The notes below the pieces were generated by a model. That model ran no database searches. It was given only the letters and a program-made list of their open reading frames with translations, and had not been told where the DNA came from. The translations under genes and the position numbers were made by a program. Shown piece after piece: positions 21,484-31,502 of a stretch of DNA of 64,000 bases (position 1 is its first letter; every line of letters starts with the position of its first letter). This stretch comes from Candidatus Magasanikiibacteriota bacterium (GTDB taxonomy: Bacteria > Patescibacteriota > Patescibacteriia > Magasanikbacterales > GWA2-37-8). Location of the stretch: the NCBI GenBank assembly GCA_017991415.1, contig JAGOQR010000003.1, positions 44,279-108,278 on the forward strand, read 5' to 3'.

Positions 21484-22029
21484 TTACCATTTAAACTGTC
21501 CATGCTTTATCATGTAATTAAACTTGATAATATGAAAAGAAATGAACTCATTTTTAATAGTGCCGTCGAGCGCCATTTGTAACGCTTTTGAAAAGGGTGT
21601 TGGCACAACTTTTATAGGATTTTCTTCATCGCCTGTAAGAGGCGCCATATACAAATCCTTAGCCGCATAGATATGAATATCCCAGTGTAACGTAGGGCTC
21701 GGGGACTTTTCATAAATTTTTTTAACTACTCTAGCACCAAAACCTGTCTCTTCTCTAAGCTCTCGCTTGGCTGCCTGCATAGGACTTTCGCCTTCATCTA
21801 CTTTCCCAGCTGGCAAAAACCACACGTCCTTATCATATCCGTGTCTACGCTCTCTAATAAGCAGCAGCCTTCCCTTACTATCAAAGGGCAAAATAGTCAC
21901 TGAATTTGGACGAACACAATATTCAAAAAGCTTGGTAGTACCATCGGAAAAAGAAACATCTCGCTGTAAAATCTTAAAAAGAATGCCACTATACACCTCT
22001 CTCAAAGGCCCTAATTTCTCTTTTTTCAT
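21484..22029 (-). CDS. NUDIX hydrolase
   Basis: Nudix box GKVDEGESPMQAAKRELREETGF. Confidence 0.8.
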   Translation of the reverse strand: MKKEKLGPLREVYSGILFKILQRDVSFSDGTTKLFEYCVRPNSVTILPFDSKGRLLLIRERRHGYDKDVWFLPAGKVDEGESPMQAAKRELREETGFGARVVKKIYEKSPSPTLHWDIHIYAAKDLYMAPLTGDEENPIKVVPTPFSKALQMALDGTIKNEFISFHIIKFNYMIKHGQFKW

Positions 22030-22212
22030 ACCAAAAAATTACCTTACTAAAGCTAAATAGCAACCATACTATAACAAGAAAAATAGCCTATGTCTAACCA
22101 GAAAACCTGTCTCCTGATAGTTGAAAAATAAGCAATAAACTGATACTCTACAGTAACTAAACTTAGGATGAATGTGTATCTATATATAAGCTCTCTCTAA
22201 ACTAAACTTCCT

Positions 22213-23535
22213 ATGAATAACTTTTTTTCAAAACTTATTTTAAGCCTAATTCTTATTGGGACGATTTTTCTCAAACCAGTCTTTGCTCAAGTAGACACAG
22301 GCACTCGCCTGCAACTAGAAACCGAGTTGCAGGCAATTGAAAGCCAGATTGCCGACTTAGAAAAACAAATAACGGTAACTAAGGGTGAAAAACAAACATT
22401 GGCCAATAAAATTAAACAGCTAAAAAGCGAGGGCGACCGGCTCCGATTAGAAATCAAGGCAACTAACATCAAGATTAATGACCTGGAGAGCAAGCTTGTT
22501 AAAACGAGTAAGGCTATAGACGCAAATAAATCTAAAATTGCTCAATTACGAATGGACTTGGCTAAACTACTTCGTAGCATGCAGCAAAAAGACGACAATC
22601 TCTTTTTACTACATCTCTTTGCTGAGAGTGGCATAACCCAAGCTTTTACCGAGGCAAACAACTACGCACAATTATCAATATCTATCAACAACCTCGTTCA
22701 AGAATCAAAAAAAATCCAAAAAGATCTCGGCAATAAACAAGCAGATTACGAAGATCAACAAGATGATGCTGAAAAACTATTAAGCCTAGCGCAAATTCAA
22801 CAAGGTGCATTAGGCGGCAAGCTCCAAGAACAAAACCAGCTCCTTGAACAAACTAAGGGATTAGAAAGCACCTACCAAAACCTACTACAAGATAGCAAAA
22901 AACAAGCGGCTCAAATTCGAAGCCGCATTTACGAACTACTTGGTGTTGGCACTCAGATAAACTTTGGCCAAGCAGTAACTATTGCCCAAGCAGCCAGCAA
23001 ACAAACTGGTGTTTCCCCTGCTTTCCTACTAGCCATACTTACCCAGGAATCAAATTTAGGTAAAAATGTTGGCACATGCAACAGACCTGGCGACCCGCCA
23101 GAAAAAGGCTGGAAGGTAATTATGAAACCGACTCGCGACCAAGAACCATTTCTAACTATTACCTCCGAGCTAGGCCGAGACCCTGACGTAACACCAGTCT
23201 CTTGTCCAATGAAAAATAAAGACGGTTCTCAGCTCGGCTGGGGCGGTGGTATGGGACCAGCTCAATTTATCCCGTCTACCTGGATGGGCTATAAAGACAA
23301 AGTAAGTGCTATTACTGGCAAAACACCAGCTGATCCGTGGGATATTCGCGATGCGTTTATGGCTGCAGCCCTTCTCCTTAAAAACAACGGCGCTGATGGC
23401 ACGCGCGATGGCGAATGGAAAGCAGCCATGCGCTACTTCTCTGGTGGCACCAATGTTCGCTACCGCTTTTACGGCGACAATGTAATGGCTCAGGCAGATA
23501 AATATAAAAAAGATATTGCCGATCTGGAAGGCTAG
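22213..23535 (+). CDS. Secreted lytic murein transglycosylase (MltB/SLT_2-like) with an N-terminal coiled-coil region
   Basis: 440 aa. Signal peptide, heptad-rich region from about residue 30 to 250, and a C-terminal SLT_2-like catalytic region (ILTQESNLG; GGGMGPAQFIPSTW). Confidence 0.65.
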   Translation: MNNFFSKLILSLILIGTIFLKPVFAQVDTGTRLQLETELQAIESQIADLEKQITVTKGEKQTLANKIKQLKSEGDRLRLEIKATNIKINDLESKLVKTSKAIDANKSKIAQLRMDLAKLLRSMQQKDDNLFLLHLFAESGITQAFTEANNYAQLSISINNLVQESKKIQKDLGNKQADYEDQQDDAEKLLSLAQIQQGALGGKLQEQNQLLEQTKGLESTYQNLLQDSKKQAAQIRSRIYELLGVGTQINFGQAVTIAQAASKQTGVSPAFLLAILTQESNLGKNVGTCNRPGDPPEKGWKVIMKPTRDQEPFLTITSELGRDPDVTPVSCPMKNKDGSQLGWGGGMGPAQFIPSTWMGYKDKVSAITGKTPADPWDIRDAFMAAALLLKNNGADGTRDGEWKAAMRYFSGGTNVRYRFYGDNVMAQADKYKKDIADLEG

Positions 23536-23545
23536 AAATAAAAAA

Positions 23546-23575
23546 CCGCTACAAATAAATAGCGGTTTTTTATTT
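23546..23575. terminator. Bidirectional terminator between mltB-like (+) and ribE (-)
   Basis: Hairpin aaccgcta-caaataaa-tagcggtt with flanking A/T runs. Confidence 0.6.
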
Positions 23576-23593
23576 CAATAAATTATAAGGTGC

Positions 23594-24178
23594 TTATTTT
23601 TTCATAAGCTTAAATACATATTTTGCAAGCACGTCTGTTTCAATATTTACGAGATCGCCCTTTTTAACAACCTTAAAGTTTGTATGCTCTACGGTATAGC
23701 TTACGAGCGATACGGTAAACCAGTCGCGGCCAGTATCTACCACCGTCAGACTAATGCCGTTAATTGTTATTGAACCTTTATCCGCCACAAACTTCATAAA
23801 CTGGACTGGCAATTTTACTTTCACAATCCAAGAATCTTTGAGGGGTTTTATCTCTACAATTTTCCCCACGGTATCAACGTGCCCTTGCACAACATGTCCA
23901 TCGAGTAATGTGCTAAGAGTAATACTTGTCTCCAAGTTAACCATTGCATCTTTTTTTAGATATGATACTGCTGTTTTTTTAATAGTTTCTGGCATCCACT
24001 CTACTAAAAAATTGGAGTTCGTAAAACTTTTTACCGTGGAACAGACTCCATTTATAGATATGCTTTGCCCCAACTCAACTGGCCAGTTTTTTTCTTTTTT
24101 AATCAAAGCAAATAAACTACCATTTTTTTCGTATACATCTTCAATTGTGGAAGTTTTTTTGATAATACCCGTAAACAT
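23594..24178 (-). CDS. ribE: Riboflavin synthase (alpha subunit)
   Basis: 194 aa. MFTGII...NGVCSTV plus a duplicated lumazine-binding half (HVVQGHVDTVG). Confidence 0.85.
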   Translation of the reverse strand: MFTGIIKKTSTIEDVYEKNGSLFALIKKEKNWPVELGQSISINGVCSTVKSFTNSNFLVEWMPETIKKTAVSYLKKDAMVNLETSITLSTLLDGHVVQGHVDTVGKIVEIKPLKDSWIVKVKLPVQFMKFVADKGSITINGISLTVVDTGRDWFTVSLVSYTVEHTNFKVVKKGDLVNIETDVLAKYVFKLMKK

Positions 24179-24190
24179 ATAAAAAATTAA

Positions 24191-24535
24191 TTAGGATAAC
24201 GAATGCAAAAAACGAACCCGCCGTATGTCGTCTGCGATTTGTTTTTTTAAATCTTCCTCTCTCTCAAACTTTTTAGAATCTCTAATCTTGGCCTCTACCT
24301 CTACGGTTAAAGTCTGCCCATACAAATCGCCATTAAAATCTAAAATATGTATTTCAAATAATTTCCCCTCAGGATATACAAATATTGCCCCCATATATTC
24401 CTTGCTATTAATAGTGGTCTTTCCCGCATAAATACCACCTTCCATTGGTTCTAACAACGAAATATTGGCCGTAGGAAAGCCAAGCTCTCTGCCTTTTTGC
24501 TTTCCTCTCGTTACTACTCCAGAAATAATTTGCAT
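24191..24535 (-). CDS. Riboflavin kinase (stand-alone kinase domain of the RibF type)
   Basis: 114 aa with GRELGFPTANI and the EVHILDFNGDLYG motif. No FAD-synthetase domain is attached. Confidence 0.7.
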   Translation of the reverse strand: MQIISGVVTRGKQKGRELGFPTANISLLEPMEGGIYAGKTTINSKEYMGAIFVYPEGKLFEIHILDFNGDLYGQTLTVEVEAKIRDSKKFEREEDLKKQIADDIRRVRFLHSLS

Positions 24536-24536
24536 A

Positions 24537-25475
24537 TTAATATGATGACCTTCTTCTTTTTACACTATGTTTAAAAACTGGAAATGTATCTCGCATTTTT
24601 TTGATAAAAGCGCATTTCCAGTTACAAAATGCTTGCCCGTTCTTACTCAAACATTTTTCACAACAAATAAAATGATCATGACAACTTGGCTGAAAGCAAT
24701 TTACAAAATGCTCACTACTCACCCCACATTTTCGACATTTTCCTACTACCACCTGTTCTTTATCTGGGCTATTAAAACCCATAGTTACTCGCCCATCAAA
24801 AACATACAGCTTGCCCAAAAAATCTTCATTTGGATATTTCTCCATATAGCTCACAATACCGTTGTGCAACTGGTATACATCTTTAAATCCATGAGTTACC
24901 AAAAATCCAGAGGCCTTTTCACAACGCACACCACCAGTACAAACTGTCACCACAGTTTTATTTTTAAGATGCTCCAGCTTTGGTAAAATTTTTGGTAAAT
25001 CACGGAAATTTTTGAGTGGTGGTAAAATAGAATTTTTAAAAAATCCAACCGAGTGTTCGTAGTCATTGCGCATGTCTACAATATAAAATTCTTTATCACT
25101 ATGGATCCAGGCGTGCAATTCTTCTGCTGGTAAATATTTACCCGTAGTAATGGTTGGGTTTACATCTTCGCCCCCTAAATGGGCACTCACAATTTCGGTA
25201 CGTGATTTGACTGACAGTTTTGGAAAGGCCGAACCTGTGCCATCACTTCTTTTAAAATTCATATCGACAAATCGAGGGTCTTTAATAATTTCGTCAATAT
25301 ATTTTTGTGTATTCTCTCTAAGCCCTTCTACCGTACCATTAATCCCTTCGGCGGTAACAATTATTCGTCCTTTTAAGCCAAGTTTTTCACATAACACTTT
25401 TTGCGCAGCGCAAAATTCATCAGGATTAATGATGTTAGTATATTTATAATATAAAAGAATTTCGTAATTGCTCAT
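24537..25475 (-). CDS. trhO: Rhodanese-domain tRNA uridine(34) hydroxylase (TrhO/YceA, UPF0176)
   Basis: 312 aa with the family-typical N-terminus (ILLYYKY...GRIIVTAEGINGT), a rhodanese Cys loop (CTGGVRCEK) and C-terminal Cys cluster. Confidence 0.7.
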   Translation of the reverse strand: MSNYEILLYYKYTNIINPDEFCAAQKVLCEKLGLKGRIIVTAEGINGTVEGLRENTQKYIDEIIKDPRFVDMNFKRSDGTGSAFPKLSVKSRTEIVSAHLGGEDVNPTITTGKYLPAEELHAWIHSDKEFYIVDMRNDYEHSVGFFKNSILPPLKNFRDLPKILPKLEHLKNKTVVTVCTGGVRCEKASGFLVTHGFKDVYQLHNGIVSYMEKYPNEDFLGKLYVFDGRVTMGFNSPDKEQVVVGKCRKCGVSSEHFVNCFQPSCHDHFICCEKCLSKNGQAFCNWKCAFIKKMRDTFPVFKHSVKRRRSSY

Positions 25476-25483
25476 ATATAAAA

Positions 25484-26311
25484 CTATAAAATAATATTAG
25501 ATAAAACGAGAATGAAAACCACCAAACCCAGTCCAATCCGATAATAGCCAAAACTCTTAAAATCGTGATTTTGAATATAACGCAGAAAAAATTTAACTAC
25601 AGCAAGAGCAACCAAAAACGCTGTGATAAAACCTGTTACCAAAATTAAAAGCTCGTTGTCTGTTATAACAAAGCCGTGTTTTAATACGCTATAAGCCGAA
25701 GCAGCCAACATAGTTGGAATCGCCAAGAAAAAAGAAAACTCCACCGCAGCTCCACGACTAGCTCCTAAGAGCATTGCTCCAATGATTGTAGCGGCTGACC
25801 TGGAAGTGCCAGGAATCATAGCAAGGCATTGAAATAATCCAATATAAAAAGCCGTACGATATGAAATAGCCGACGTAAGTAGCGGAGCAGAACTAATAGA
25901 CTGTTTTTTTTCTACCGCAATCAAGACAATTCCACCCACTATCAAAGCTATGGCTACAACTATTGGATTAAATAATTTCTCTTCAATTAATCCCCCAAAT
26001 ATTGCACCCAGCACCAAGGCTGGCACTACCGCCAAAATTGTTTTATACCAAATGGTTACACTTAAAACATTTAAGGTCGTAGTTTTTTTAATAGGGTCTT
26101 TGCCAAAAGGCCACAGCTTTTTCCAAAACACAACTATCACAGCCAAAATTGCCCCTAATTGAATTACCACATCAAACAAAGCAGTAAACGATTCACCAAA
26201 ACGTAGCCAGTTATTAATAACAATAAGATGGCCTGTGGAGGAGATAGGTAAAAATTCGGTAACACCTTCTACCAAACCGAGAATAATGGCTTTAACTAGA
26301 TCTAGAAACAT
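25484..26311 (-). CDS. uppP: Undecaprenyl-diphosphatase
   Basis: 275 aa with GVTEFLPISSTGHL and PGTSRSAATI motifs. Confidence 0.85.
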   Translation of the reverse strand: MFLDLVKAIILGLVEGVTEFLPISSTGHLIVINNWLRFGESFTALFDVVIQLGAILAVIVVFWKKLWPFGKDPIKKTTTLNVLSVTIWYKTILAVVPALVLGAIFGGLIEEKLFNPIVVAIALIVGGIVLIAVEKKQSISSAPLLTSAISYRTAFYIGLFQCLAMIPGTSRSAATIIGAMLLGASRGAAVEFSFFLAIPTMLAASAYSVLKHGFVITDNELLILVTGFITAFLVALAVVKFFLRYIQNHDFKSFGYYRIGLGLVVFILVLSNIIL

Positions 26312-26361
26312 AGATTTTAATTTAAAGTGATTATATACGAAGTGAGCAAGAGAAACAAGTC

Positions 26362-26388
26362 TTGACTTATACCCCTAGGGGGTATAAT
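26362..26388 (+). promoter_or_regulatory. csoR promoter with overlapping palindromic CsoR-type operator
   Basis: TTGACT (26362-26367), a 15-nt spacer, then TATAAT (26383-26388). The spacer and -10 carry the near-perfect palindrome TATACCCC-TA-GGGGGTATA. The GC-core dyad matches the known CsoR operator style (TACCC-n-GGGTA). Confidence 0.6.
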
Positions 26389-26415
26389 ATAGCTGTATTA
26401 TATTATTTCAATTTT

Positions 26416-26682
26416 ATGCATAATAAAAATAAACCTACGTTGGCGCGCCGCCTCAAATTAATTGAAGGCCAAGTTCGTGGCTTACAAAAAATGATTGAGA
26501 ATGACACCTATTGCATAGACGTAATAACTCAAACCTCGGCGGTTAAACAAGCTCTTTCGAATGTAGAAGATTTGCTTATGGAAAATCATCTTGGTAGCTG
26601 CATTATAAACCAAATCAAATCTGGCCAAACAGACAAGGCTACACAAGAAATCCTTAAAGTATACAAACTTAAAAGAAAATAA
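26416..26682 (+). CDS. csoR: CsoR/RcnR family copper-sensing transcriptional repressor
   Basis: 88 aa from the ATG at 26416. The ORF-track start at 26362 is a TTG inside the promoter. The conserved C-H-C metal ligand pattern sits in LKLIEGQVRGL...TYCIDVITQ...HLGSC. Confidence 0.75.
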   Translation: MHNKNKPTLARRLKLIEGQVRGLQKMIENDTYCIDVITQTSAVKQALSNVEDLLMENHLGSCIINQIKSGQTDKATQEILKVYKLKRK

Positions 26683-26692
26683 TTTTAATTAT

Positions 26693-28984
26693 ATGCAAAC
26701 AAAAACCTACCAAATAAAAGGCATGCACTGCGCCTCTTGTGCAGGTATTATTGAAAAAACATTTAAAAAAACTAAGGGAGTACACTCGGCCGAAGTAAAC
26801 TATGGTACCGAAACTGCCAAGGTATCTTTTGACGAATTAACGATAACACCCCATCACTTATCCCAAACAGTCGAACCACTCGGATACTCTTTACTCATAC
26901 CTACAACCGAAGAAATGAGTATGCCAACTAATGAGCACACCGAACATCTTGGACTCACACAATCTAAAAAAGATAAACTGGCTGAAATAGCTGCTCTACG
27001 CACAACCGTTATTACTTCTATTCGCTTAGCTCTTATCGCTATTTTTATTATGGGCTGGGATATTTTAGGCCAACTTAATTATATCTCACCCCCAAACGAA
27101 ACCATAAGTGAATTTTTTCATCATTTACTCCCAATTCTGGCTACCTACATGCTCTTTGTAGCAGGCAAACCATACCTCCTTGGTTTTTACCGCTTTTTAC
27201 GGTACGGAAAAGCAAATATGGATACGCTTATTGGCATCGGCACATCAGCTGCTTTCTTATACAGTTTTATTATTTCAGCTTTTGAAAATAATTTGAGCCC
27301 CTATATAAATGTAGAGCACAGCTACTACGACGTAACAATAGTAGTTATAGCATTTATTACTCTCGGCAAATATTTAGAGGCCCGATCAAAAATAAAAACT
27401 GGGGATGCTATAGAAAAACTTCTCAATCTTCAGGTAAAAACCGCCCTAGTTATTCGTGATGAAAAAGAAATTGAAATTCCAATTCAAGATGTGAAACATG
27501 GCGATGTAATCGTTATAAAACCTGGAGCAAAGATTCCAGTGGACGGCATAGTTATCCATGGCAACTCTTTTGTTGATGAATCTATGGTAACGGGAGAACC
27601 CATGCCTGCTCAAAAAAATACAGGGGCCTCCGTAGTAGCTGGCACTATCAATACCACCGGATCATTCACCTTTAAAACAACCAAGATCGGCTCCGAGACC
27701 ATGCTCGCTCAAATAATCAAAATGGTAAGCGAAGCTCAAGGCAGCAAGGCACCTATCCAAGCCTTAGCCGATAAAATCTCGAGCGTCTTTGTGCCTTCTG
27801 TACTATTTATATCATTTCTAGCTTTGGCAGCCTGGCTACTGTTTGGCACTGGCCCACTTGGATTTTCTCAAGCATTATCATATGGTCTAGTTTCTTTTGT
27901 AGGCGTACTAGTTATTGCCTGTCCGTGCGCGCTTGGTTTAGCCACCCCCACTGCAATTATTGTTGGTGTGGGTAAGGGGGCCAAGGAGGGCATCCTTATA
28001 AGAGATGCCGCAACTCTAGAAAAACTACATAAAATAAATACACTGGTAATAGATAAAACAGGAACAATTACCCTTGGCAAACCAACGCTTGTTGATATAC
28101 AAAATCAAACCGATATATCTGATGCCGAACTTATCTCTATCCTTACTTCCTTAGAACAAAAATCTGAACACCCGATCGCACGTGCCATAACAAATTATGC
28201 TCAAGAAAAAAATATCACCATAAAAGATATTAATGATTTTGAAAGCATAAGCGGAAAAGGTATCGCTGGAGTCTTGGATGGAAAAAAATATTATGCTGGC
28301 AATATAAAGCTAATTCAAGATCTGGGGCTTATGTTCGACCCGCTAAAGATCGAACGATTTACTATTCAAGGCAAAACTCCAATAATTATAGCAACTAAAG
28401 AAAAAATACTAGGATTTATAACTGTATCTGATGAAATAAAACCAACTGCCAAACAAGCAGTGAATGATCTCCACCGGCTTGGAATTAAAGTAATAATGCT
28501 CACCGGTGATGAAGAAAAAACAGCAGCATATATTGCCTCACTTGTTGGTATTGACCAGGTAGCAGCCCATCTCCTACCTCAAGATAAATTAACAAAAATA
28601 AAAGAACTGCAATCGCAGCACAATATTGTAGCTATGGCAGGAGACGGTATCAACGATGCCCCTGCTCTCGCCCAAGCTGATATAGGCATAGCTATGGGTA
28701 ATGGCACAGACATAGCAATTGAATCTGCTGGTATCACCTTGCTTGGCGGTGATATTTCAAAACTAGTCAAAGCAGTCAAGTTATCCAAAATAACCATGCG
28801 AGGAATAAAACAGAATCTTTTCTGGGCATTTATTTATAACATCGTTGGGATTCCGCTTGCAGCAGGATTATTTTATCCAATTTTCGGCTGGCTACTCAAC
28901 CCAATTTTTGCGGGATTAGCCATGGCATTTTCGAGCGTATCTGTTGTAGCAAATTCACTGCGTATAAAAACTAAAAAAATATAG
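26693..28984 (+). CDS. copA: Copper-translocating P1B-type ATPase
   Basis: 763 aa with an N-terminal HMA (GMHCASCAG), the CPC transmembrane motif, DKTGTIT, HP and GDGINDAPAL. Confidence 0.9.
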   Translation: MQTKTYQIKGMHCASCAGIIEKTFKKTKGVHSAEVNYGTETAKVSFDELTITPHHLSQTVEPLGYSLLIPTTEEMSMPTNEHTEHLGLTQSKKDKLAEIAALRTTVITSIRLALIAIFIMGWDILGQLNYISPPNETISEFFHHLLPILATYMLFVAGKPYLLGFYRFLRYGKANMDTLIGIGTSAAFLYSFIISAFENNLSPYINVEHSYYDVTIVVIAFITLGKYLEARSKIKTGDAIEKLLNLQVKTALVIRDEKEIEIPIQDVKHGDVIVIKPGAKIPVDGIVIHGNSFVDESMVTGEPMPAQKNTGASVVAGTINTTGSFTFKTTKIGSETMLAQIIKMVSEAQGSKAPIQALADKISSVFVPSVLFISFLALAAWLLFGTGPLGFSQALSYGLVSFVGVLVIACPCALGLATPTAIIVGVGKGAKEGILIRDAATLEKLHKINTLVIDKTGTITLGKPTLVDIQNQTDISDAELISILTSLEQKSEHPIARAITNYAQEKNITIKDINDFESISGKGIAGVLDGKKYYAGNIKLIQDLGLMFDPLKIERFTIQGKTPIIIATKEKILGFITVSDEIKPTAKQAVNDLHRLGIKVIMLTGDEEKTAAYIASLVGIDQVAAHLLPQDKLTKIKELQSQHNIVAMAGDGINDAPALAQADIGIAMGNGTDIAIESAGITLLGGDISKLVKAVKLSKITMRGIKQNLFWAFIYNIVGIPLAAGLFYPIFGWLLNPIFAGLAMAFSSVSVVANSLRIKTKKI

Positions 28985-29045
28985 ATTGACAACTAATATA
29001 ATATCTACTACAATATGTAGTAGATAAATAAAACTATTTTGTTCT

Positions 29046-30065
29046 ATGCAAACATACAAATTTCACGTCAACGGCATGCACTGTAATTCTTGTGTCTTGC
29101 TCACCGAGAGCGAGCTCGGTGATGTACCAGAAGTACAAAAAGCGAAAGCGTCGCTCTCCGACCTTAGTGTTGAAGTAAGTGGTGAATTTGGAAACAAAAC
29201 AAATATAGAGGTTGCAGAAAAATTAAGCGAGGTACTAAAACCTCACGGCTACACCTTAAGTCCAGAAAAACAAACAAAGGTTGTGGTATGGTCTGATTTT
29301 TATCTGGCTCTACCCATTGCAGCTGTTTTTATACTATTATTTATCACATTACAAAAACTCGGATTGGTAAACATAATTACCTCTGATAAAATCAGCTACA
29401 GCACTTCTTTTATTGTTGGGCTGATCGCCTCGGTCTCTAGCTGTATGGCCGTAGTAGGCGGCCTCGTACTGTCTATGTCAGCTAATTTTGCCAAACAAAA
29501 TGACAGGACTAAACCACAATTACTCTTTCATATCGGCAGGCTTGTCTCATTTTTTATATTAGGAGGCGTAGTCGGCGCGCTTGGCTCAACTTTCCAACTC
29601 GGCATTACTGGTACTTTTATCTTAAGCCTACTAGTAGCCCTCACCTTACTCATCTTAGGGTTCAATCTTCTAGAAATTTTCCCTTGGGCCAAAAAATTAC
29701 AACCAACTATTCCCGCTTTTATTGGCAAGCATGCGCTTGGTCTAAAAAATATTAACCACACACTTACGCCGCTTCTTGTAGGCGTGGCCACATTTTTCCT
29801 TCCTTGCGGCTTTACTCAATCTATGCAAATTTACTCTCTTAGTACCGGTAACTTTTGGACGGGAGCTTTTACCATGCTTACCTTTGCACTTGGAACTGCA
29901 CCTGTTTTAGCGATGCTTAGTTTTAGCACTTTGAGCATTACCAAAAAAGCTCAGTCTGGCGTATTCTTCAAAACAGCAGGAATTATAGTTATATTCTTTG
30001 GACTTTTTAATATTCTAAGCAGTCTCGCAAGCATTGGCATCATTCCGCCACTATTTAGTTTTTAA
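29046..30065 (+). CDS. HMA-domain fused to a DsbD_2/TauE-like polytopic membrane domain (putative copper-handling membrane protein)
   Basis: 339 aa with an N-terminal HMA (GMHCNSCV) followed by 6-8 TM helices containing FFLPCGFTQSMQIY. Confidence 0.55.
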   Translation: MQTYKFHVNGMHCNSCVLLTESELGDVPEVQKAKASLSDLSVEVSGEFGNKTNIEVAEKLSEVLKPHGYTLSPEKQTKVVVWSDFYLALPIAAVFILLFITLQKLGLVNIITSDKISYSTSFIVGLIASVSSCMAVVGGLVLSMSANFAKQNDRTKPQLLFHIGRLVSFFILGGVVGALGSTFQLGITGTFILSLLVALTLLILGFNLLEIFPWAKKLQPTIPAFIGKHALGLKNINHTLTPLLVGVATFFLPCGFTQSMQIYSLSTGNFWTGAFTMLTFALGTAPVLAMLSFSTLSITKKAQSGVFFKTAGIIVIFFGLFNILSSLASIGIIPPLFSF

Positions 30066-30085
30066 TAGCATCTGACATTTCAAAT

Positions 30086-30478
30086 ATGAAAAAAATTATT
30101 GCCCTTATAATTCTAGCCACTTTGGCATCAATACCAATTATCATACTTACCAAAAAAACCTCCTCAACTCCTTCAACCGAACAAATATCAAAAAACATAA
30201 CCACAGTAGATGGCAAACAAGTAATTACCATTGATGCTAAAGGTGGGTATACTCCTCGAAAAACAGATGCCAAAGCCAACACACCAACTCTTCTAAAAAT
30301 AAAAACGAGTGGTACGTTTGACTGCTCATCTGCCTTAGTTATACCGAATCTTAATTACCGAAAAAATTTACCGCCCTCTGGTGAAACAATAGTCGAAGTA
30401 CCCCCACAAAAACCTGGCACAAATATTCGCGGCTTATGCTCTATGGGAATGTTTAGTTTTAATATCATGTTTAATTAA
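30086..30478 (+). CDS. Secreted cupredoxin-like domain protein
   Basis: 130 aa with a signal peptide and Cys/Met ligand candidates (FDCSS; GLCSMGMFSF). It is co-located with copA. Confidence 0.5.
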   Translation: MKKIIALIILATLASIPIIILTKKTSSTPSTEQISKNITTVDGKQVITIDAKGGYTPRKTDAKANTPTLLKIKTSGTFDCSSALVIPNLNYRKNLPPSGETIVEVPPQKPGTNIRGLCSMGMFSFNIMFN

Positions 30479-30488
30479 CAACAAATCA

Positions 30489-30518
30489 AAAAACCTGGGC
30501 TAGCCCAGGTTTTTTGAT
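30489..30518. terminator. Bidirectional terminator ending the copper operon
   Basis: Hairpin cctgggc-tagc-ccagg flanked by A6 and T7. Confidence 0.65.
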
Positions 30519-30535
30519 TGAGAAAATAAAGGTAC

Positions 30536-30907
30536 TTATTTTACTTTGGGAACAAATTTTAAAGAAATAGAATTTACACAATGGCGAGTATTTTTATCAG
30601 TATATTGCTCGCCAACAAAAACATGACCTAAATGACCACCACATGCGGCACAGGTAATTTCGGTACGCATACCATCGGCATCTACCGTCTTTTTTACTGC
30701 ACCCGAAATCTCTTGATCAAAACTAGGCCACCCACAACCTGAGTGAAATTTACTATCCGAAGTATATAAGGGCGTTTCACATCTTCGGCACACGTATGTT
30801 CCTTCTACAAAAAAATCATCGTATTCTCCTGTAAAGGGCCTTTCAGTACCTTTATCCACAATAACTCGTTCTTCTTCTAGAGAGAGGGTATTATTTTTCA
30901 TATACAC
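30536..30907 (-). CDS. msrB: Peptide-methionine (R)-S-oxide reductase
   Basis: 123 aa with HSGCGWPSF and a CxxC...CxxC zinc motif. Confidence 0.85.
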   Translation of the reverse strand: MYMKNNTLSLEEERVIVDKGTERPFTGEYDDFFVEGTYVCRRCETPLYTSDSKFHSGCGWPSFDQEISGAVKKTVDADGMRTEITCAACGGHLGHVFVGEQYTDKNTRHCVNSISLKFVPKVK

Positions 30908-30917
30908 TTATTAAATA

Positions 30918-31499
30918 TTAACCTGTTTTTAAGCTGTATTTTTTCAATGCTCTCCTAATTTTTTTATGATCTGGAATCGTTCGAGCAACTAAACTCCAAA
31001 ATTTATCCGAATGGTTAAATTGACCTAAATGGCTCAGCTCGTGGACTATAATATAGTCCACCATCTGCTCAGGCAGCAGTGCGATTTTATAATTAAAATT
31101 TATATTGCCTTGCTTAGAACAACTCCCCCAACGAGTGCTTTGATTTTTGATAGAAATTTTATTCCAATTATAGTTATAGAACTGATTAAAATAAAGCATC
31201 TTATCTCTAGCAATTTTCTTGGCTACTGCCTTATACCGTATATAATCTAGCTTGGAGCTTTTTACCTTTAACGGTTTTTGAACAGAAGACATCTGGCTAA
31301 TTTTTTTTAAAACCCAATCAGACTTATCAATAATAAAACGCTCAATGGCGGGTAAGCTCAAGAACCGAGGGGCTGTCACAGTTACGCTGCCCCCTGGGTA
31401 AACAGCCAGCCTGAGATGCCGAGACGCATTACTCACCTTAAGTGTATACTCTATATTTTTTGCTGCCAACTCAATAGTTTTTAACATACCCAAAAGCAC
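30918..31499 (-). CDS. YgjP/DUF45 (M48/SprT-like) metal-dependent hydrolase
   Basis: 193 aa with HEXXH as IVHELSHL. Confidence 0.6.
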   Translation of the reverse strand: MLLGMLKTIELAAKNIEYTLKVSNASRHLRLAVYPGGSVTVTAPRFLSLPAIERFIIDKSDWVLKKISQMSSVQKPLKVKSSKLDYIRYKAVAKKIARDKMLYFNQFYNYNWNKISIKNQSTRWGSCSKQGNINFNYKIALLPEQMVDYIIVHELSHLGQFNHSDKFWSLVARTIPDHKKIRRALKKYSLKTG

Positions 31500-31502
31500 A
31501 TC

